In this document: in pieces, positions 38,751 through 49,521 of the stretch
Position numbering within the stretch: the stretch's first letter is position 1
Layout: every line of letters starts with the position of its first letter
Assembly: GCA_963771885.1 (NCBI GenBank)
Contig: CAVYVF010000022.1
Coordinates: 1-64,000, forward strand
Source: Candidatus Bathyarchaeota archaeon
GTDB taxonomy: Archaea; Thermoproteota; Bathyarchaeia; TCS64
Direction of reading: 5' to 3'
DNA: 64,000 nucleotides
Program-made: the position numbers and the translations under genes
Notes under the pieces: model-generated
Databases searched by the model: none
Seen by the model: the letters and a program-made list of their open reading frames with translations, nothing else
What the model was told of the DNA's origin: nothing

Positions 38751-38930
38751 TTAAAAGTTTGGCCTACGGCCACCGCCACGGCGTTCGTCGCGCGGAGCGT
38801 GGACGACTCTCTTCGTGTAGTTGCTCCTCGTCTTCCTCTTGGGGGCGAGGCGGGTCTTGGGCGTTGGCTCGATCTTGGGTGTCTGTGCCCTGACCTTGCC
38901 GGCCTTTGTGAGTGAACCGTGTGTCGGCAT
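38751..38930 (-). CDS. rps30e: 30S ribosomal protein eS30 (59 aa, not in the ORF track)
   Basis: MPTHGSLTKAGKVRAQTPKI...RSNYTKRVV. Confidence 0.95.
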   Translation of the reverse strand: MPTHGSLTKAGKVRAQTPKIEPTPKTRLAPKRKTRSNYTKRVVHAPRDERRGGGRRPNF

Positions 38931-38974
38931 ACTATTACCGCGTCTTCTGGGAGGGTATTTATCTATAAACCTTT

Positions 38975-39704
38975 CTAGGGTTTGAAAGCGGTGTCATGCC
39001 CAGGTATTACAAGCACGGGTTTGTACCCCGCGATCTTCTTCAGACTATCAACAGCAGTGGCGCCGCTGATGTTCTTCGTCACCACTGAGGGCATCCTCAA
39101 CTCAAGATAGTCCTCCTTCACGATCGCAGCGTCCCCGATACAGGCGACGAGACCCTCAGTCGTCTCGACGAGCGCCGAAATACTTCCCTGCGTGTGTCCA
39201 AAGGTCTCAATCAGTCGCACATTCTTCGTGATCTTCTTCTCACCCCTAAATTTTTGCACATCGAGGATATCGATGAAAGCTTTACGCCATTCGGGCCAGT
39301 ATAGCTCAGCGGCGTAGTCATACTCTGCCTCATGTATGAGGAGGGGTTTACCACGCCACATGTAGTTAGATTCCGTGTGATCGTAGTGGCAGTGCGTGTT
39401 GATGACGATGTCGATATCTGCGGGCTTTAAGCCGAACTCCGCCAAGCGTTTTGGGTAGACACCCGTAACGCCCCAACTGGATGATGCCCGGGTCGATGAG
39501 GATATTCTTACCATCGTCCCTGATCAGGATAGTATTCGTGGAGCCGAGGTTGAACGTGACACCGTTGTACGTCTGCCCGATCGCGGGAGGAGGCATCGGC
39601 GTCAGCGGCCACCTGAAAGTCAGCATCGGGTGCCCCTCACGGACACCGAGACTCATGTAAAAACACTCGAAGAGAACGTCCACCTTCGCCTTCTCGCTGG
39701 ACAT
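38975..39704 (-). CDS. MBL-fold hydrolase, apparent frameshift near 39465
   Basis: ILIDPG in one frame; THCHYDH, GHTQG, GDA, IPGHD in the other. Confidence 0.85.
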
Positions 39705-39740
39705 AGGATGAGGGTGCACTAGGGGTTGAAAACGGTTTCC

Positions 39741-40520
39741 TCAGTGGTCGACGCGTATCATTCTCCCCGAGGCGTCCATGCGCCTCTTCCCGAAGTCGGA
39801 AGCGACCTCGCGCAACTTCGCCGAGTCGAAGATCGGGCCGTCCTTGCAGACCCTGTAAGGGCCGATGGCACAGCTACCGCAAAGCCCCACGGCGCACTTA
39901 CATAGGCGTTCTAGGCTCACCTGAACTGGGATCCCCAGCCTATCGGCATCCGCCCATACTTTCAAAGCCATCAACTCTGGACCGCAGATGTAGACATGAT
40001 CGTAACTATTCTTCGCCAAGAGTTCGCCAGCGTAGTTCGACGCATAGCCATGGTAACCCTCCGAGCCGTCGTCAGTCGAGACCAGCAGGTTCTCCCCGAG
40101 GAGCTTGGTGAGCCTACCCTTGAAGAAAAGTTGATCTTTACTACGTGCCCCGATTAGGAAAGTGGGCTTCACCCCCATCGCTACCAGCTGATCCGCGAGA
40201 GGGGCCAGTGATGCTATTCCGCTCCCGCCCCCGATGAGAAGCGGGCGCTTTCCTAATGCCGTATATCCATTGCCGAATGGGCCACGTACACCCATCTTAT
40301 CACCTGCCTTCAGCTGAGAGAGGATGCGCGTCATATCCCCAACGACCCTGACGGTGATGCTCGACTGGTCGCCTATGGTTGAGAGGCTCATCGGTATCTC
40401 ATCGACGCCGGGGAGCCAAACCATGAGGTACTGCCCCGGTTTTGCACCGGCCACCCCCGAAAAGTATAACGTGGTGACATCAAAGGTCTCCTTGACGACA
40501 CGATCTATCATAATGGTCAT
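39741..40520 (-). CDS. pyrK: Dihydroorotate dehydrogenase electron transfer subunit
   Basis: PGQYLMVW, RGPFGNG, CGPE, CAVGLCGSC, VCKDGP. Confidence 0.93.
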   Translation of the reverse strand: MTIMIDRVVKETFDVTTLYFSGVAGAKPGQYLMVWLPGVDEIPMSLSTIGDQSSITVRVVGDMTRILSQLKAGDKMGVRGPFGNGYTALGKRPLLIGGGSGIASLAPLADQLVAMGVKPTFLIGARSKDQLFFKGRLTKLLGENLLVSTDDGSEGYHGYASNYAGELLAKNSYDHVYICGPELMALKVWADADRLGIPVQVSLERLCKCAVGLCGSCAIGPYRVCKDGPIFDSAKLREVASDFGKRRMDASGRMIRVDH

Positions 40521-40524
40521 ATTC

Positions 40525-41451
40525 TCAATTCCTATGCGCGAGGCCGACGACCTCCTTGACCGCTGCGAAATCGTTCTCCATCAAATATTTTTCTATGCCC
40601 TCATTTACTTTGCCGTAGACCTCGAAACCCTCGTACATGACGCCTGTACCGATCTCGACGGCCGACGCCCCAGCTAGCATATACTCGATGGCATCTCGCC
40701 AATTTGTCACCCCCCCACAGCCGATTATCGGTATCTTCACCACCTCGGCTATCTCCCAGACGCATCGTAAGGCGACGGACTTTATGGCAGGACCGGATAG
40801 ACCACCCGTCACGTTCATCAATATGGGACACCTAAAGTCCGCGTCTATCGCCATAGCCTTCAGCGTGTTCACAGCGGTGATGGCGTCCGCACCGCCGCGT
40901 TCCGCAGAGACCGCTATGCCCGCAATATCCGTGACGTTCGGGGACAGCTTCACGAATACAGGCGTGGTCGCAACCTCCTTCACAGCCGCAGTGACCCTCT
41001 CGACGCTGACCGCGTCCGCCGCACACATCCCCGGCTCGCCGCCGACGTTAGGGCAGCTCAAGTTTAGCTCAAGCGCGTCCACCCCCGAATTACATAGGGT
41101 CTTGGCGCTGGACTGGAACTCTGCTATTGTTGAGGCGAAAAAGCTCGCAATGACGGGGATGCCCTCGTGCTTAAGCTCGCGCAGCTCGTCGACATATCCA
41201 TCCACCCCAGGGTTAGGGAGTCCCATCGCGTTAAGCACGCCGCCCTCCACCTCGATGAGTGTGGGGTTGATGTGCCCGTTACGGGGGGCGGGTCCGAGGC
41301 TCTTCGTCACAACGGCTCCAGCGCCGGAGTCGTAAACCCGTTTGAGGAGCGACGCAGACATGCCGAGGACGCCCGATGCATTGAGTGTTGGAGAACGAAG
41401 CCGGAGCCCAGCCACTTCTACGGCTAAACTCTTGCCAGCCAAGCCGACCAC
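40525..41451 (-). CDS. pyrD: Dihydroorotate dehydrogenase family 1B catalytic subunit
   Basis: NAMGLPNPG, ELNLSCPN, KLSPNV, GGLSGPAIK. Confidence 0.95.
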   Translation of the reverse strand: MVGLAGKSLAVEVAGLRLRSPTLNASGVLGMSASLLKRVYDSGAGAVVTKSLGPAPRNGHINPTLIEVEGGVLNAMGLPNPGVDGYVDELRELKHEGIPVIASFFASTIAEFQSSAKTLCNSGVDALELNLSCPNVGGEPGMCAADAVSVERVTAAVKEVATTPVFVKLSPNVTDIAGIAVSAERGGADAITAVNTLKAMAIDADFRCPILMNVTGGLSGPAIKSVALRCVWEIAEVVKIPIIGCGGVTNWRDAIEYMLAGASAVEIGTGVMYEGFEVYGKVNEGIEKYLMENDFAAVKEVVGLAHRN

Positions 41452-41694
41452 TGTAACTTGCCCTTCTCGCAGTTAAAGGTGTCCATAGTAGACACGGTCT
41501 CGAAAGCGCCGTTCCCCCATTTGGACCGATGAGAACGGGCAGACTCGTACTAGTCCATGCGCGCGCGGCGTATACCACGAGATCGTTGTTACAAAACCAG
41601 GTGAGAACATGACGATCTAGATAAACATCAATACCAGCATACGCTGAAGGCCGATAACGTTTAGAAACAAGACGCCGATCACTTCTCCGACAAG

Positions 41695-42858
41695 GTGACT
41701 GGCGTGACAAGAGCCCACATCGAAGAGACTCTCATCGGCGTCTTTGCCCTAGCGGAGAACGGCAGGGTCTTAGAGAAGGCGCTATACCCTAAGGAGCCCG
41801 AGAAGATAACACGCGCCATAATCAGACAGAGAAACGGTGAGATCACTAAGGAAGTCCTCAAGGTTGCAGAGGGCCTAATGAAGAGGGGTTTCGACGCAGT
41901 CACCACCACGAACCCCGAGCTCGCCGAGACGCTACGCACCGAATACACATTCGAGGTCGATGTCATCGACTCCGGCCCCAGTGACGAGCTAAGAGAGGAG
42001 CTCCCCGCCATTGCACAGCAGAACCACCTAGTAAAGGACGAGGACGCCTACTACGAACTCGGCAGGCAGGTCTCGACGCTCCTCACTCGAGGCGCCGTAC
42101 AGGACGCACTCGGTGGCAAGGAAGCCCAGATCACGCAGACGGTACAACTCCTAGGTGAACTCGACACGAGCCTGAATGGACTCAGCAGCCGCGTCAGGGA
42201 GTGGTACGGGCTCCACTACCCCGAGCTCAGCAGGATAATACGCGACCACGAGAAGTACCTCAGGTTCATCGTCGAGGTGGGGGACAGAACGTCCGTTACA
42301 GCAGAGAAGGTAGAGTCTCTCGGTCTCCAGCGCCGCGAGTCAACGGGTATAATCAAGGGCGCCGAGGGCTCCATGGGTGCCCAGCTAAGCCCCGGAGACC
42401 TCGCAGAGCTACAGCGCCTCGCCGGGCAGGTCCTTAGCCTATACATTTACAGGATAAAGCTCACCGAGTACATCTCCGCCATCGCACTGGAGGCGGCGCC
42501 AAACGTCAGCGCACTCGCTGGACCTACCCTCGCCGCTAAGCTCATCGAGAAGGCAGGGGGAATCAGGAGGCTCGCCATGATGCCGTCGAGCAGCCTACAG
42601 ATACTCGGCGCCGAGAAGGCGCTCTTCCGGGCGATTAAAACACATGCTAAGCCTCCGAAACATGGCCTCATCTTCCAGCACCCCTACGTCAACGCCGCGC
42701 CTCGGGGGCTGCGTGGGCTACGCGCCCGCCACCTCGCTGCCAAGCTCAGCATAGCCGCACGCGCCGATGCATTCAGCGGGAACCTCATCGCAGACCAGCT
42801 GAAGAAGGATCTCGACGAGGCAGCCGCCTCCGCTGCCGAGTCAAGGCGTGCTGATTAG
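41695..42858 (+). CDS. nop5: C/D box sRNP core protein Nop5 (Nop56/58)
   Basis: REWYGLHYPEL, APNVSALAG, QILGAEKALF, PPKHGLIFQHP, KLSIAARAD. Confidence 0.95.
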   Translation: MTGVTRAHIEETLIGVFALAENGRVLEKALYPKEPEKITRAIIRQRNGEITKEVLKVAEGLMKRGFDAVTTTNPELAETLRTEYTFEVDVIDSGPSDELREELPAIAQQNHLVKDEDAYYELGRQVSTLLTRGAVQDALGGKEAQITQTVQLLGELDTSLNGLSSRVREWYGLHYPELSRIIRDHEKYLRFIVEVGDRTSVTAEKVESLGLQRRESTGIIKGAEGSMGAQLSPGDLAELQRLAGQVLSLYIYRIKLTEYISAIALEAAPNVSALAGPTLAAKLIEKAGGIRRLAMMPSSSLQILGAEKALFRAIKTHAKPPKHGLIFQHPYVNAAPRGLRGLRARHLAAKLSIAARADAFSGNLIADQLKKDLDEAAASAAESRRAD

Positions 42859-42910
42859 TCCTGAAAGGTTTAAACATCGGGGCATCTGCGTATTCTTCCG
42901 AGGGGCAAAG

Positions 42911-43174
42911 GTGTCTACGTTCTCTGAAGCGTTCCAGGAGAAGTTCGGGCGGCGTGACTGCCCATTCATCTTCGACTGCAACGTAGAGATCACCAAGGAC
43001 TTCTTCAGCAGGGTCTGCAAGACACCAGCCTACCCCAATTGCCACCACTTTGCCAAGAGGGTGAATGAGCTCCATGTCCCAATGACTTGGCTACAGAGAC
43101 TAGCCGTAGACCAGGCTAAGGTAGTAGATGCGGCGGGGCCTGACGCCGAGATCGCCGACCCGGCGCAGAGGTAG
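42911..43174 (+). CDS. Small Cys/His-rich hypothetical protein
   Basis: GTG start; CPFIFDC...C...CHH; fills the gap between nop5 and fibrillarin. Confidence 0.65.
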   Translation: MSTFSEAFQEKFGRRDCPFIFDCNVEITKDFFSRVCKTPAYPNCHHFAKRVNELHVPMTWLQRLAVDQAKVVDAAGPDAEIADPAQR

Positions 43175-43180
43175 CCCCAG

Positions 43181-43864
43181 TTGGGGCGCGTCTTAGAACA
43201 CACCCCAGGCGTTTACTTCATAGAAGAAGGACCACAGAGGTTTCTAGCCACTAAAAATTTTGCCCCGGGGAGAAAGGTCTACGGCGAGGAGCTAGTCACA
43301 GTCGACGGGGTCGAGTACCGCCTCTGGAACCCGACACGTAGCAAGCTCGGCGCCGCTATAGTGCGTGGGCTCATCAAGAACCCGATAAAGCCCGGTGTCA
43401 AGGTGCTCTACCTCGGCGTCGCCTCGGGCACAACCTGTAGTCACGTCTCCGACATCATCGGCGACTCGGGACACGTCTGGGGGGTCGACTTCGCCCCGCG
43501 CCCCATCCGTGACCTAATCGACCACGTTGCGCGTTATCGGAAGAATATTACACCCATCCTCGGTGACGCCCGCCAACCGCAGGGCTACTCGCTGCAGGTC
43601 CCAAAGGTCGACACCATCTTCGCCGACGTCGCTCAGCCTGACCAGGCGGAGATTGTTGTCAAGAATGCCAAGCTCTACCTCAAGAAGGGTGGCTACGCCA
43701 TGCTCTCGATAAAGTCGAGGAGCGTCGACGTGGGCAGGCCACCCACAGAGATCTACAGAGAGCAGGTTGAGATATTGAAACGAGGGGGCTTCAACGTCGA
43801 GGAGCTTTTATCTCTCGACCCCTTCGAAGTCGATCACGCGCTGGCGCTCGCCAGCTTCGTCTGA
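43181..43864 (+). CDS. flpA: Fibrillarin-like rRNA/tRNA 2'-O-methyltransferase
   Basis: [32 protein letters not shown]. Confidence 0.96.
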   Translation: MGRVLEHTPGVYFIEEGPQRFLATKNFAPGRKVYGEELVTVDGVEYRLWNPTRSKLGAAIVRGLIKNPIKPGVKVLYLGVASGTTCSHVSDIIGDSGHVWGVDFAPRPIRDLIDHVARYRKNITPILGDARQPQGYSLQVPKVDTIFADVAQPDQAEIVVKNAKLYLKKGGYAMLSIKSRSVDVGRPPTEIYREQVEILKRGGFNVEELLSLDPFEVDHALALASFV

Positions 43865-44502
43865 CTGACGATTAGGCGCGCCTTCTTCACGGGCTCCCAG
43901 CTACGCCGCACTATGTCGGGCCAACTCCTGTGCTCCCGGTACCAATCGTAGAGCCACTCCTGTGCTCTGTCGTCACTCGGATAGCCGGAATTGAAGTCAC
44001 CGTACTCCTCTCGGTACGAGGCGACGATGGAGTCTCTCCTTACCTTTGCGAGGATGGACGCGGCGGAGACGACTGGGTAGTTGAAGTCGGCCTTGTGCTC
44101 GCAAACAATACAGGGCTTCGAACGGAGGAGCCGCAGTATCGTCTCGCCATATCGTTCGTCGTCCACGTCGGAGGCGTCGACGTACGCCTTGTCGGGTGCA
44201 AGTCGCCTTAGAACATTCGCCATCGCCGCAGCCTCTAGGTAGTTCAGTCTCCTAAGCCTGACGCCCCTGTTCACGACGAGGTCTATGGCACGTGGCGGGA
44301 GCTCGAAGTAAGTGATCCCTGAAGCAAGTGCCTCTATTTCGGGGACTAACACCTCACGCTTACGGGCGGTGAGCTTCTTGGAGTCCTTCACGCCGAGGTC
44401 GACGAGTGCGGGTATTTTCTCCTCGTCGAAAGACGCGCCCGCGACGACGAGTGGGCCTATGAAGCAGCCCCTGCCCGCCTCGTCGATGCCGGCGACACGC
44501 AT
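43834..44502 (-). CDS. rnhB: Ribonuclease HII
   Basis: [34 protein letters not shown]. Confidence 0.95.
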   Translation of the reverse strand: MRVAGIDEAGRGCFIGPLVVAGASFDEEKIPALVDLGVKDSKKLTARKREVLVPEIEALASGITYFELPPRAIDLVVNRGVRLRRLNYLEAAAMANVLRRLAPDKAYVDASDVDDERYGETILRLLRSKPCIVCEHKADFNYPVVSAASILAKVRRDSIVASYREEYGDFNSGYPSDDRAQEWLYDWYREHRSWPDIVRRSWEPVKKARLIVSQTKLASASA

Positions 44503-44605
44503 GGTCCAATGCATACGCGCGGCGCGATTAAAATGCTAGCCGGTTGTAGAGCTCGGCACGCGCAAATGATAAAAATGAATATAGAAGCCTACGAGTCTGC
44601 GCTGG

Positions 44606-46115
44606 CTACTCCTCATCCATCTTCTTGAGCTCGGTTATACCAAGCATCTCGAAGTCGAGGGGGAAGATTGGGCGCCTAATCTTCCTAAATTTGAACCCGG
44701 CGAGACGCGGCGACGTGAGGCCTGGCGTATCAAGTTCAATGATCTCCTTGGCGATAGGCTCGTGGCTGGCGCGGTAGTGGACACTCGACTTCACGACGAT
44801 GAACTTGGCGTCCGTCGGCTCGATGCCCTGGCTCCTGTATAGCTCGAGGTCAAGGGGCTGAAGCCGCTTCGTGGTGACTATGAGGTCGTTGCCCGCGACG
44901 CGTAGGATGGCGGTGAGTCCCATGTCGGTCTCCGAGCCGGTGCCCATAGGGCCCTTCACTAGCCAGAAACCGTCGCTGACGCGCTTAACGAGCGCCTTGA
45001 CCTTTAGTGGCTTGCCGTGCAGCTTATCCGTGTGCCCTCCGAGGCTGACCTCAATCTCCTTCCCAGGGCCTGCCTTCGCCGCCTTAGTTGCGGCGGCGGG
45101 GTCCCAGATGACGCCGAAGACGCCGCCCGTCAGCCCCTCATCGAGCACCGCTTTGAGGACGAATGTGCCGTCACAAGGCGTGCCGCCGCCAGGGTTGTCA
45201 CCAATGTCAGCGAGGACGATCGGTTTCTCCTTTGCAGCCTTTACGCGCCTGAGGGCGTCCCTAACGGGCATCGGCTTGACGAGGAAGTCTCTCCTGATGC
45301 TCCAAGCGAGGTCGCTCAACTCCCCAGCGAGGGCGTCGGCTAGCTTCTGATCATTATTCGTGATGGCGATGAAGCTCATGCCCGCCTCCTTTATGTCGCT
45401 CCAGGGGAAACCTGCGGCAACTGTTACTGCCTCAACGCCGGGCATCTGCTCCATTATATGCGCCTCCTCGAGGAGCCTCGTCATAGGGTACTTCCCCGTG
45501 AACTGGGCCTGGAGCGCGGGGAGCATGGGCGGCTGGCGGAGAGCGCGCGTTGGCTTTAACTTGCCGTCGAGCATCTTGGCGAGAAGGTCGACGGACTCGA
45601 CGGCACGCTCATACTCGTCGATGTGGGGGTAGGTGTCGTATCCGACGAGGATGTCGGCCTCTCTCACCATTTTTTCCGTATAGTTGGCGTGGAGGTCGAA
45701 GCTGGCGACAAGCGGTTTCTTGCCGATGAGTTTACGGATTGCATCCCAGGACATCGCCCTCAACGTCGTCGTGCCCCTCGGCGACTGCTGCGCCGTGTAG
45801 GTGGACGGCGACCGCGTCGTAGTTCTTCGCGGCCTTGATGCCGTCAAGCATGCCACCGAGGATGTGCTCGTAAGCCTCCTTTGTAATCATCCCGCTAGGC
45901 GTCGCTGAGGCGTGGACCGTCTCGACGAACTCGAAGCCATACTTTTCGCAGCCGTCGATCAGGCCGCCAGCCGCAGTCTTCGTCCCCCTGAAGTGTGTAG
46001 GAATCTCGTCGCCGGTGAAAAGGTGCCTCTTCCTAAACTCGGAGAGGTCCGTCTTAATATTAGATAACACGTTGGTCTCGTGGCTGAAAGTCCCGAGGAC
46101 TATCCTCTTTGTCAT
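44606..46115 (-). CDS. M81 family (MlrC-like) metallopeptidase, apparent frameshift near 45740
   Basis: HETN, LHGA, DLHAN, YPHID, DNPGGG, VKSSVHYRA. Confidence 0.88.
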
Positions 46116-46145
46116 GATTGAGGAATGCGGTACGCGGTGAAAATA

Positions 46146-46715
46146 CTAGCGGTCCTTGAAGAAATTACGGAGGTCGATGCCTACCTCGGATTTGTCCTTC
46201 GCCGATGGAAGGATGCCCTCTTGTAGGAGCAGCTTCCTCTTCCACTCAAGGCCGCCACTGAATCCACCGATGCCGCCGTTCCCCCAGACGACCCTATGGC
46301 AGGGAACGATGAGACCCATGGGGTTGTCCCCGACGGCGTTTCCGACGGCGCGCACCGCCTTTGGGCGCCCGATCTGCTCAGCTATGCCGCCATAACTCGT
46401 CAGCTTCCCATAAGGGATGCTGTAGATAGCCTTCCAGACGTCGACCTGGAAGGGTGTGCCACGCATGTCGAAGGGGCCTTTGAACACGAACTTTTCGCCA
46501 CGGAAGTACCTGTCGAGCTCAGCCTTGAGCGCCTTGAACCTGCTCGGGTCCTCGACGTACTCGGCCTTGATGCGTGCCTTGAGCTCCTTCATGAAGCCCT
46601 CCTTGTTGTTGGACATGTTGAACTGCACGATGCCCTTCTCGGAGGCGGCCGCCCACATGACGCCGAGGGGCGTCTCCAAGCCTGCGTAGTATATCTTCTC
46701 CAACCAACTCACCAT
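46146..46715 (-). CDS. ogt: Methylated-DNA--protein-cysteine methyltransferase
   Basis: TPFQ, IPYG, RAVGNA, PCHRV. Confidence 0.93.
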   Translation of the reverse strand: MVSWLEKIYYAGLETPLGVMWAAASEKGIVQFNMSNNKEGFMKELKARIKAEYVEDPSRFKALKAELDRYFRGEKFVFKGPFDMRGTPFQVDVWKAIYSIPYGKLTSYGGIAEQIGRPKAVRAVGNAVGDNPMGLIVPCHRVVWGNGGIGGFSGGLEWKRKLLLQEGILPSAKDKSEVGIDLRNFFKDR

Positions 46716-46781
46716 CCTTATACCCGGGTTCCCCTACAGTTGTCTAAACCCCTATACTCCGATAAAACCATAGGTGTAAAA

Positions 46782-47370
46782 GTGTTGACCCGTCAAACGC
46801 TGGTTCTCGCCTCGACTTCGCCCCGGAGGATTAGCCTGCTTAGGGATCTGGGGATAACCTTTGAGGCAGTGGACCCGGGCAATGCGGAGAACAGCACATC
46901 GAGCGACCCTACGACCCACGTCAAGGATCACGCCTTATCAAAGGCAAAGGCAGTCGCAGAAAAACACCAGGACAGGCTAGTTCTTGCCGCCGACACGATC
47001 GTGGTCCTAGACGGAAGAATAATCGAGAAGCCTAGAGAGCGTAGACGAGGCGAAGCAAATGCTACACACTCTCTGTGGGAGGACACACACGGTGATCTCT
47101 GCCGTAGCGCTCGTCGAGAAGGGAAGAGGCTACACCGACCTCCGCACCGAGGAGACGAGGGTGACTATGAAGCGACTGAGCGACGTGGAAATCGACGCCT
47201 ACGTCGCTACGGGCGAGCCAATGGATAAAGCGGGAGCCTACGCGGCACAGGGCGTCGGAGCATTCATAATCGAGAGGGTTGAGGGGGACTTCTATAACGT
47301 CGTAGGTCTGCCGCTGAGCCTCCTCTATGACATGCTCAGGGACGCTGGCTTCCCGGTATTGTCTATATAA
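46782..47370 (+). CDS. maf: Maf family nucleotide pyrophosphatase, apparent frameshift near 47040
   Basis: LVLASTSPRR, AADTIV, EKP; EPMDKAGAY, NVVGLPL. Confidence 0.9.
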
Positions 47371-47430
47371 CCACCATATTCTATATAGATTATCCTTAAA
47401 TTATATACCGAAATCCGCTTTAGGAGGAAC

Positions 47431-48511
47431 TTGGGCTCCAAAGTCGGGAACGTGGCGGGCTCACTCGTCTCCCTATACTTCTTCATCTCGGCCATAATGC
47501 TGATCAAGGATTCGGCCGGCCTGATGACAGAGTTCCTCGCGGAGAACATCGTCCTCGTGATAAGGGATACGACGAGCGGCGTCTTCGCAGGCTGGATAGG
47601 CACGGCGCTCCTCCACAGCAGCGGCGCCTTCGACTCCATAGTAGTCGCCTTCGTCTCATCGGGCGCCATGCCACTCTCCCTCGCCGTCGCCACCCTAATA
47701 GGGGCGGAGCTGGGCACTACTGTGACCCCCTTCCTAATCTCCGTCCTCAATCAGGTCAGGAAGAGGAAGCACCAGGATGCGGCGTTCAACGTGACGCTGA
47801 CTCACGTCCTCTACAATCTCTGTGCACTCGCCATATTCTACCCGCTTGAGCTATTCTTCGGGTCACTCACATGGGTTGCGACCCAGGGTGAGAAACATCT
47901 TCGTCAAGGCGCCCTGGCTCGATGCGGTCCCAGATATACTTGATGTCATTACACCGTGGGTTCCAGTCGTCCTCGGCGCCATCCCTCCGTGGGCGGGCAT
48001 CATCATCGGGGCGGTCATGCTAATTGTTGCCCTCAACGGCGTCGAGAGGTACATGACTGAGATATTCAACATGCCCCGAAGCTGGAACCTGATTCGAGCC
48101 ACTTTTCAGAAGCCATACCGCGCTTTTCTCGCCGGATTCATATTCACACTGTTGATACCCAGCACGACCGTTATGGTCTCACTGCTCGTGCCACTGGCGA
48201 CGAGCGGCGTAATCGGGGCGGAGTTCTACATTCTACCCTACATTCTGGGGGCTAACATCGGCACTGTCTTCGACGTCATGATAGCAGCCATGGCGACCGG
48301 CGACCCACTTGCGCTCGGAGTCTGGCTCGTACACCTGACCGTCAACTTAGTCGGGGCACTAATCTTCCTCCCACTGATGAAGCCGTTCAGCAAGGTTGTG
48401 AAGGCCACAGCGGACAAGGTTGCCGCCTCACCTAGGCTGACACTCGTAGTCACCGCGATATTCCACATTATACCGGCGATAATAATTGCGTTCTACGTTC
48501 TAACTGGGTAG
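47431..48511 (+). CDS. Na/Pi cotransporter family membrane protein, apparent frameshift near 47890
   Basis: Repeated TALLHSS...IGAELGTT and IPSTT...LGANIGT motifs. Confidence 0.82.
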
Positions 48512-48561
48512 AAAATGATGAAAGATTGATAAACTGAACGATGAAAGGATAGTGGGATAGG

Positions 48562-49233
48562 TTGTCAAGAAAGCTCTTCGGATGGTTTGCCCCGAGCCGC
48601 GGGGAAGATGTACTAGGGATGGCTGAGAAGCACCTCGAGCTGACGAAGAACGCGGTCAGGGAGCTCTACAGCATGGTGGACTCCGCCGCCAAGTGCGACC
48701 GCGAGGGATGCGTGAAGCACTACATGAGCGTCAGCAGGATGGAGATGGAGGCAGACGACCTCAGGAGGAAGATGGTAGACGCCCTCACGAAGAGCGAGAT
48801 GTTCCCCGAGGAGCGCGATGACCTCATGGAGCTAGTACGCGCCGTAGACTGGATCGCCGACTGGAGCAAGGAGGCGGGGCGCATCCTGAACGTCATCCAA
48901 CTTGATAAGGCTCCGCCGGAGATGAGGGAAGCGGCCCTCAACATGGTCAAGGCAGACGCAGACTGCGTCGCCGTTCTAGAGGAGTGCCTCAAGAAGGCTT
49001 ACGAGGATCCCAAGGAGGCAGTCAACCTCGCCAACAAGGTCGAAATGCTCGAGGAGGATACAGACGAGCTTTACAGCCAGGCAAGGAAGCACCTCGCCAC
49101 ACTGGAATTCAAGGGGTGGACAGTAGGCTCAATGATCCTGCTGAACGAGTTCCTCGACGCCCTTGAGACGATTGCGGATTGGTGCGAGAACACCGCCGAC
49201 ATAGTCAGAGCTATCTCGGTTCGTAGTCGCTAA
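48562..49233 (+). CDS. DUF47 (PhoU-like) phosphate transport regulator
   Basis: EMEADDLRR, ERDDLMELV, DWIAD, EEDTD, LETIADWCEN. Confidence 0.88.
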   Translation: MSRKLFGWFAPSRGEDVLGMAEKHLELTKNAVRELYSMVDSAAKCDREGCVKHYMSVSRMEMEADDLRRKMVDALTKSEMFPEERDDLMELVRAVDWIADWSKEAGRILNVIQLDKAPPEMREAALNMVKADADCVAVLEECLKKAYEDPKEAVNLANKVEMLEEDTDELYSQARKHLATLEFKGWTVGSMILLNEFLDALETIADWCENTADIVRAISVRSR

Positions 49234-49275
49234 AAACGAAGGATTCTACGGGTTTTACCGGTTAGACCGGTTGTC

Positions 49276-49458
49276 TTACGGCTCTACCGTGATGGCCTGT
49301 GTTGGGCAGCTGTTCACGCATGCCATGCATGCAATGCAGTCGGACGCCCGAGTGGGCTCCGACTTTTTGTCTACCATATCGTAGACGTTCATTGGGCAGA
49401 CGTCGACGCATGTGCCCTCTCCATCACACTTGGCCTTGTCCACTGTGACTGTAGGCAT
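49276..49458 (-). CDS. Dicluster ferredoxin
   Basis: CDGEGTCVDVCP and CIACMACVNSCP. Confidence 0.9.
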   Translation of the reverse strand: MPTVTVDKAKCDGEGTCVDVCPMNVYDMVDKKSEPTRASDCIACMACVNSCPTQAITVEP

Positions 49459-49521
49459 ATTCACACCTCTCCTAACCGAGGGGTCGAGGCTTTAAAACCA
49501 TTTCCTTGAGTGCTCGAGACG

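Noticed and set aside
41460..41694. C/D box sRNA or k-turn (ATGACGA 41609 ... CTGA 41644), or a decayed peroxiredoxin fragment, upstream of nop5
   Set aside because: Box spacing is short with no clear C'/D' boxes, and the protein resemblance is only a few residues; neither can be supported
46296..46781. Long N-terminal extension on Maf (310-aa ORF)
   Set aside because: It is the antisense of ogt; the Maf motif begins at ~46782
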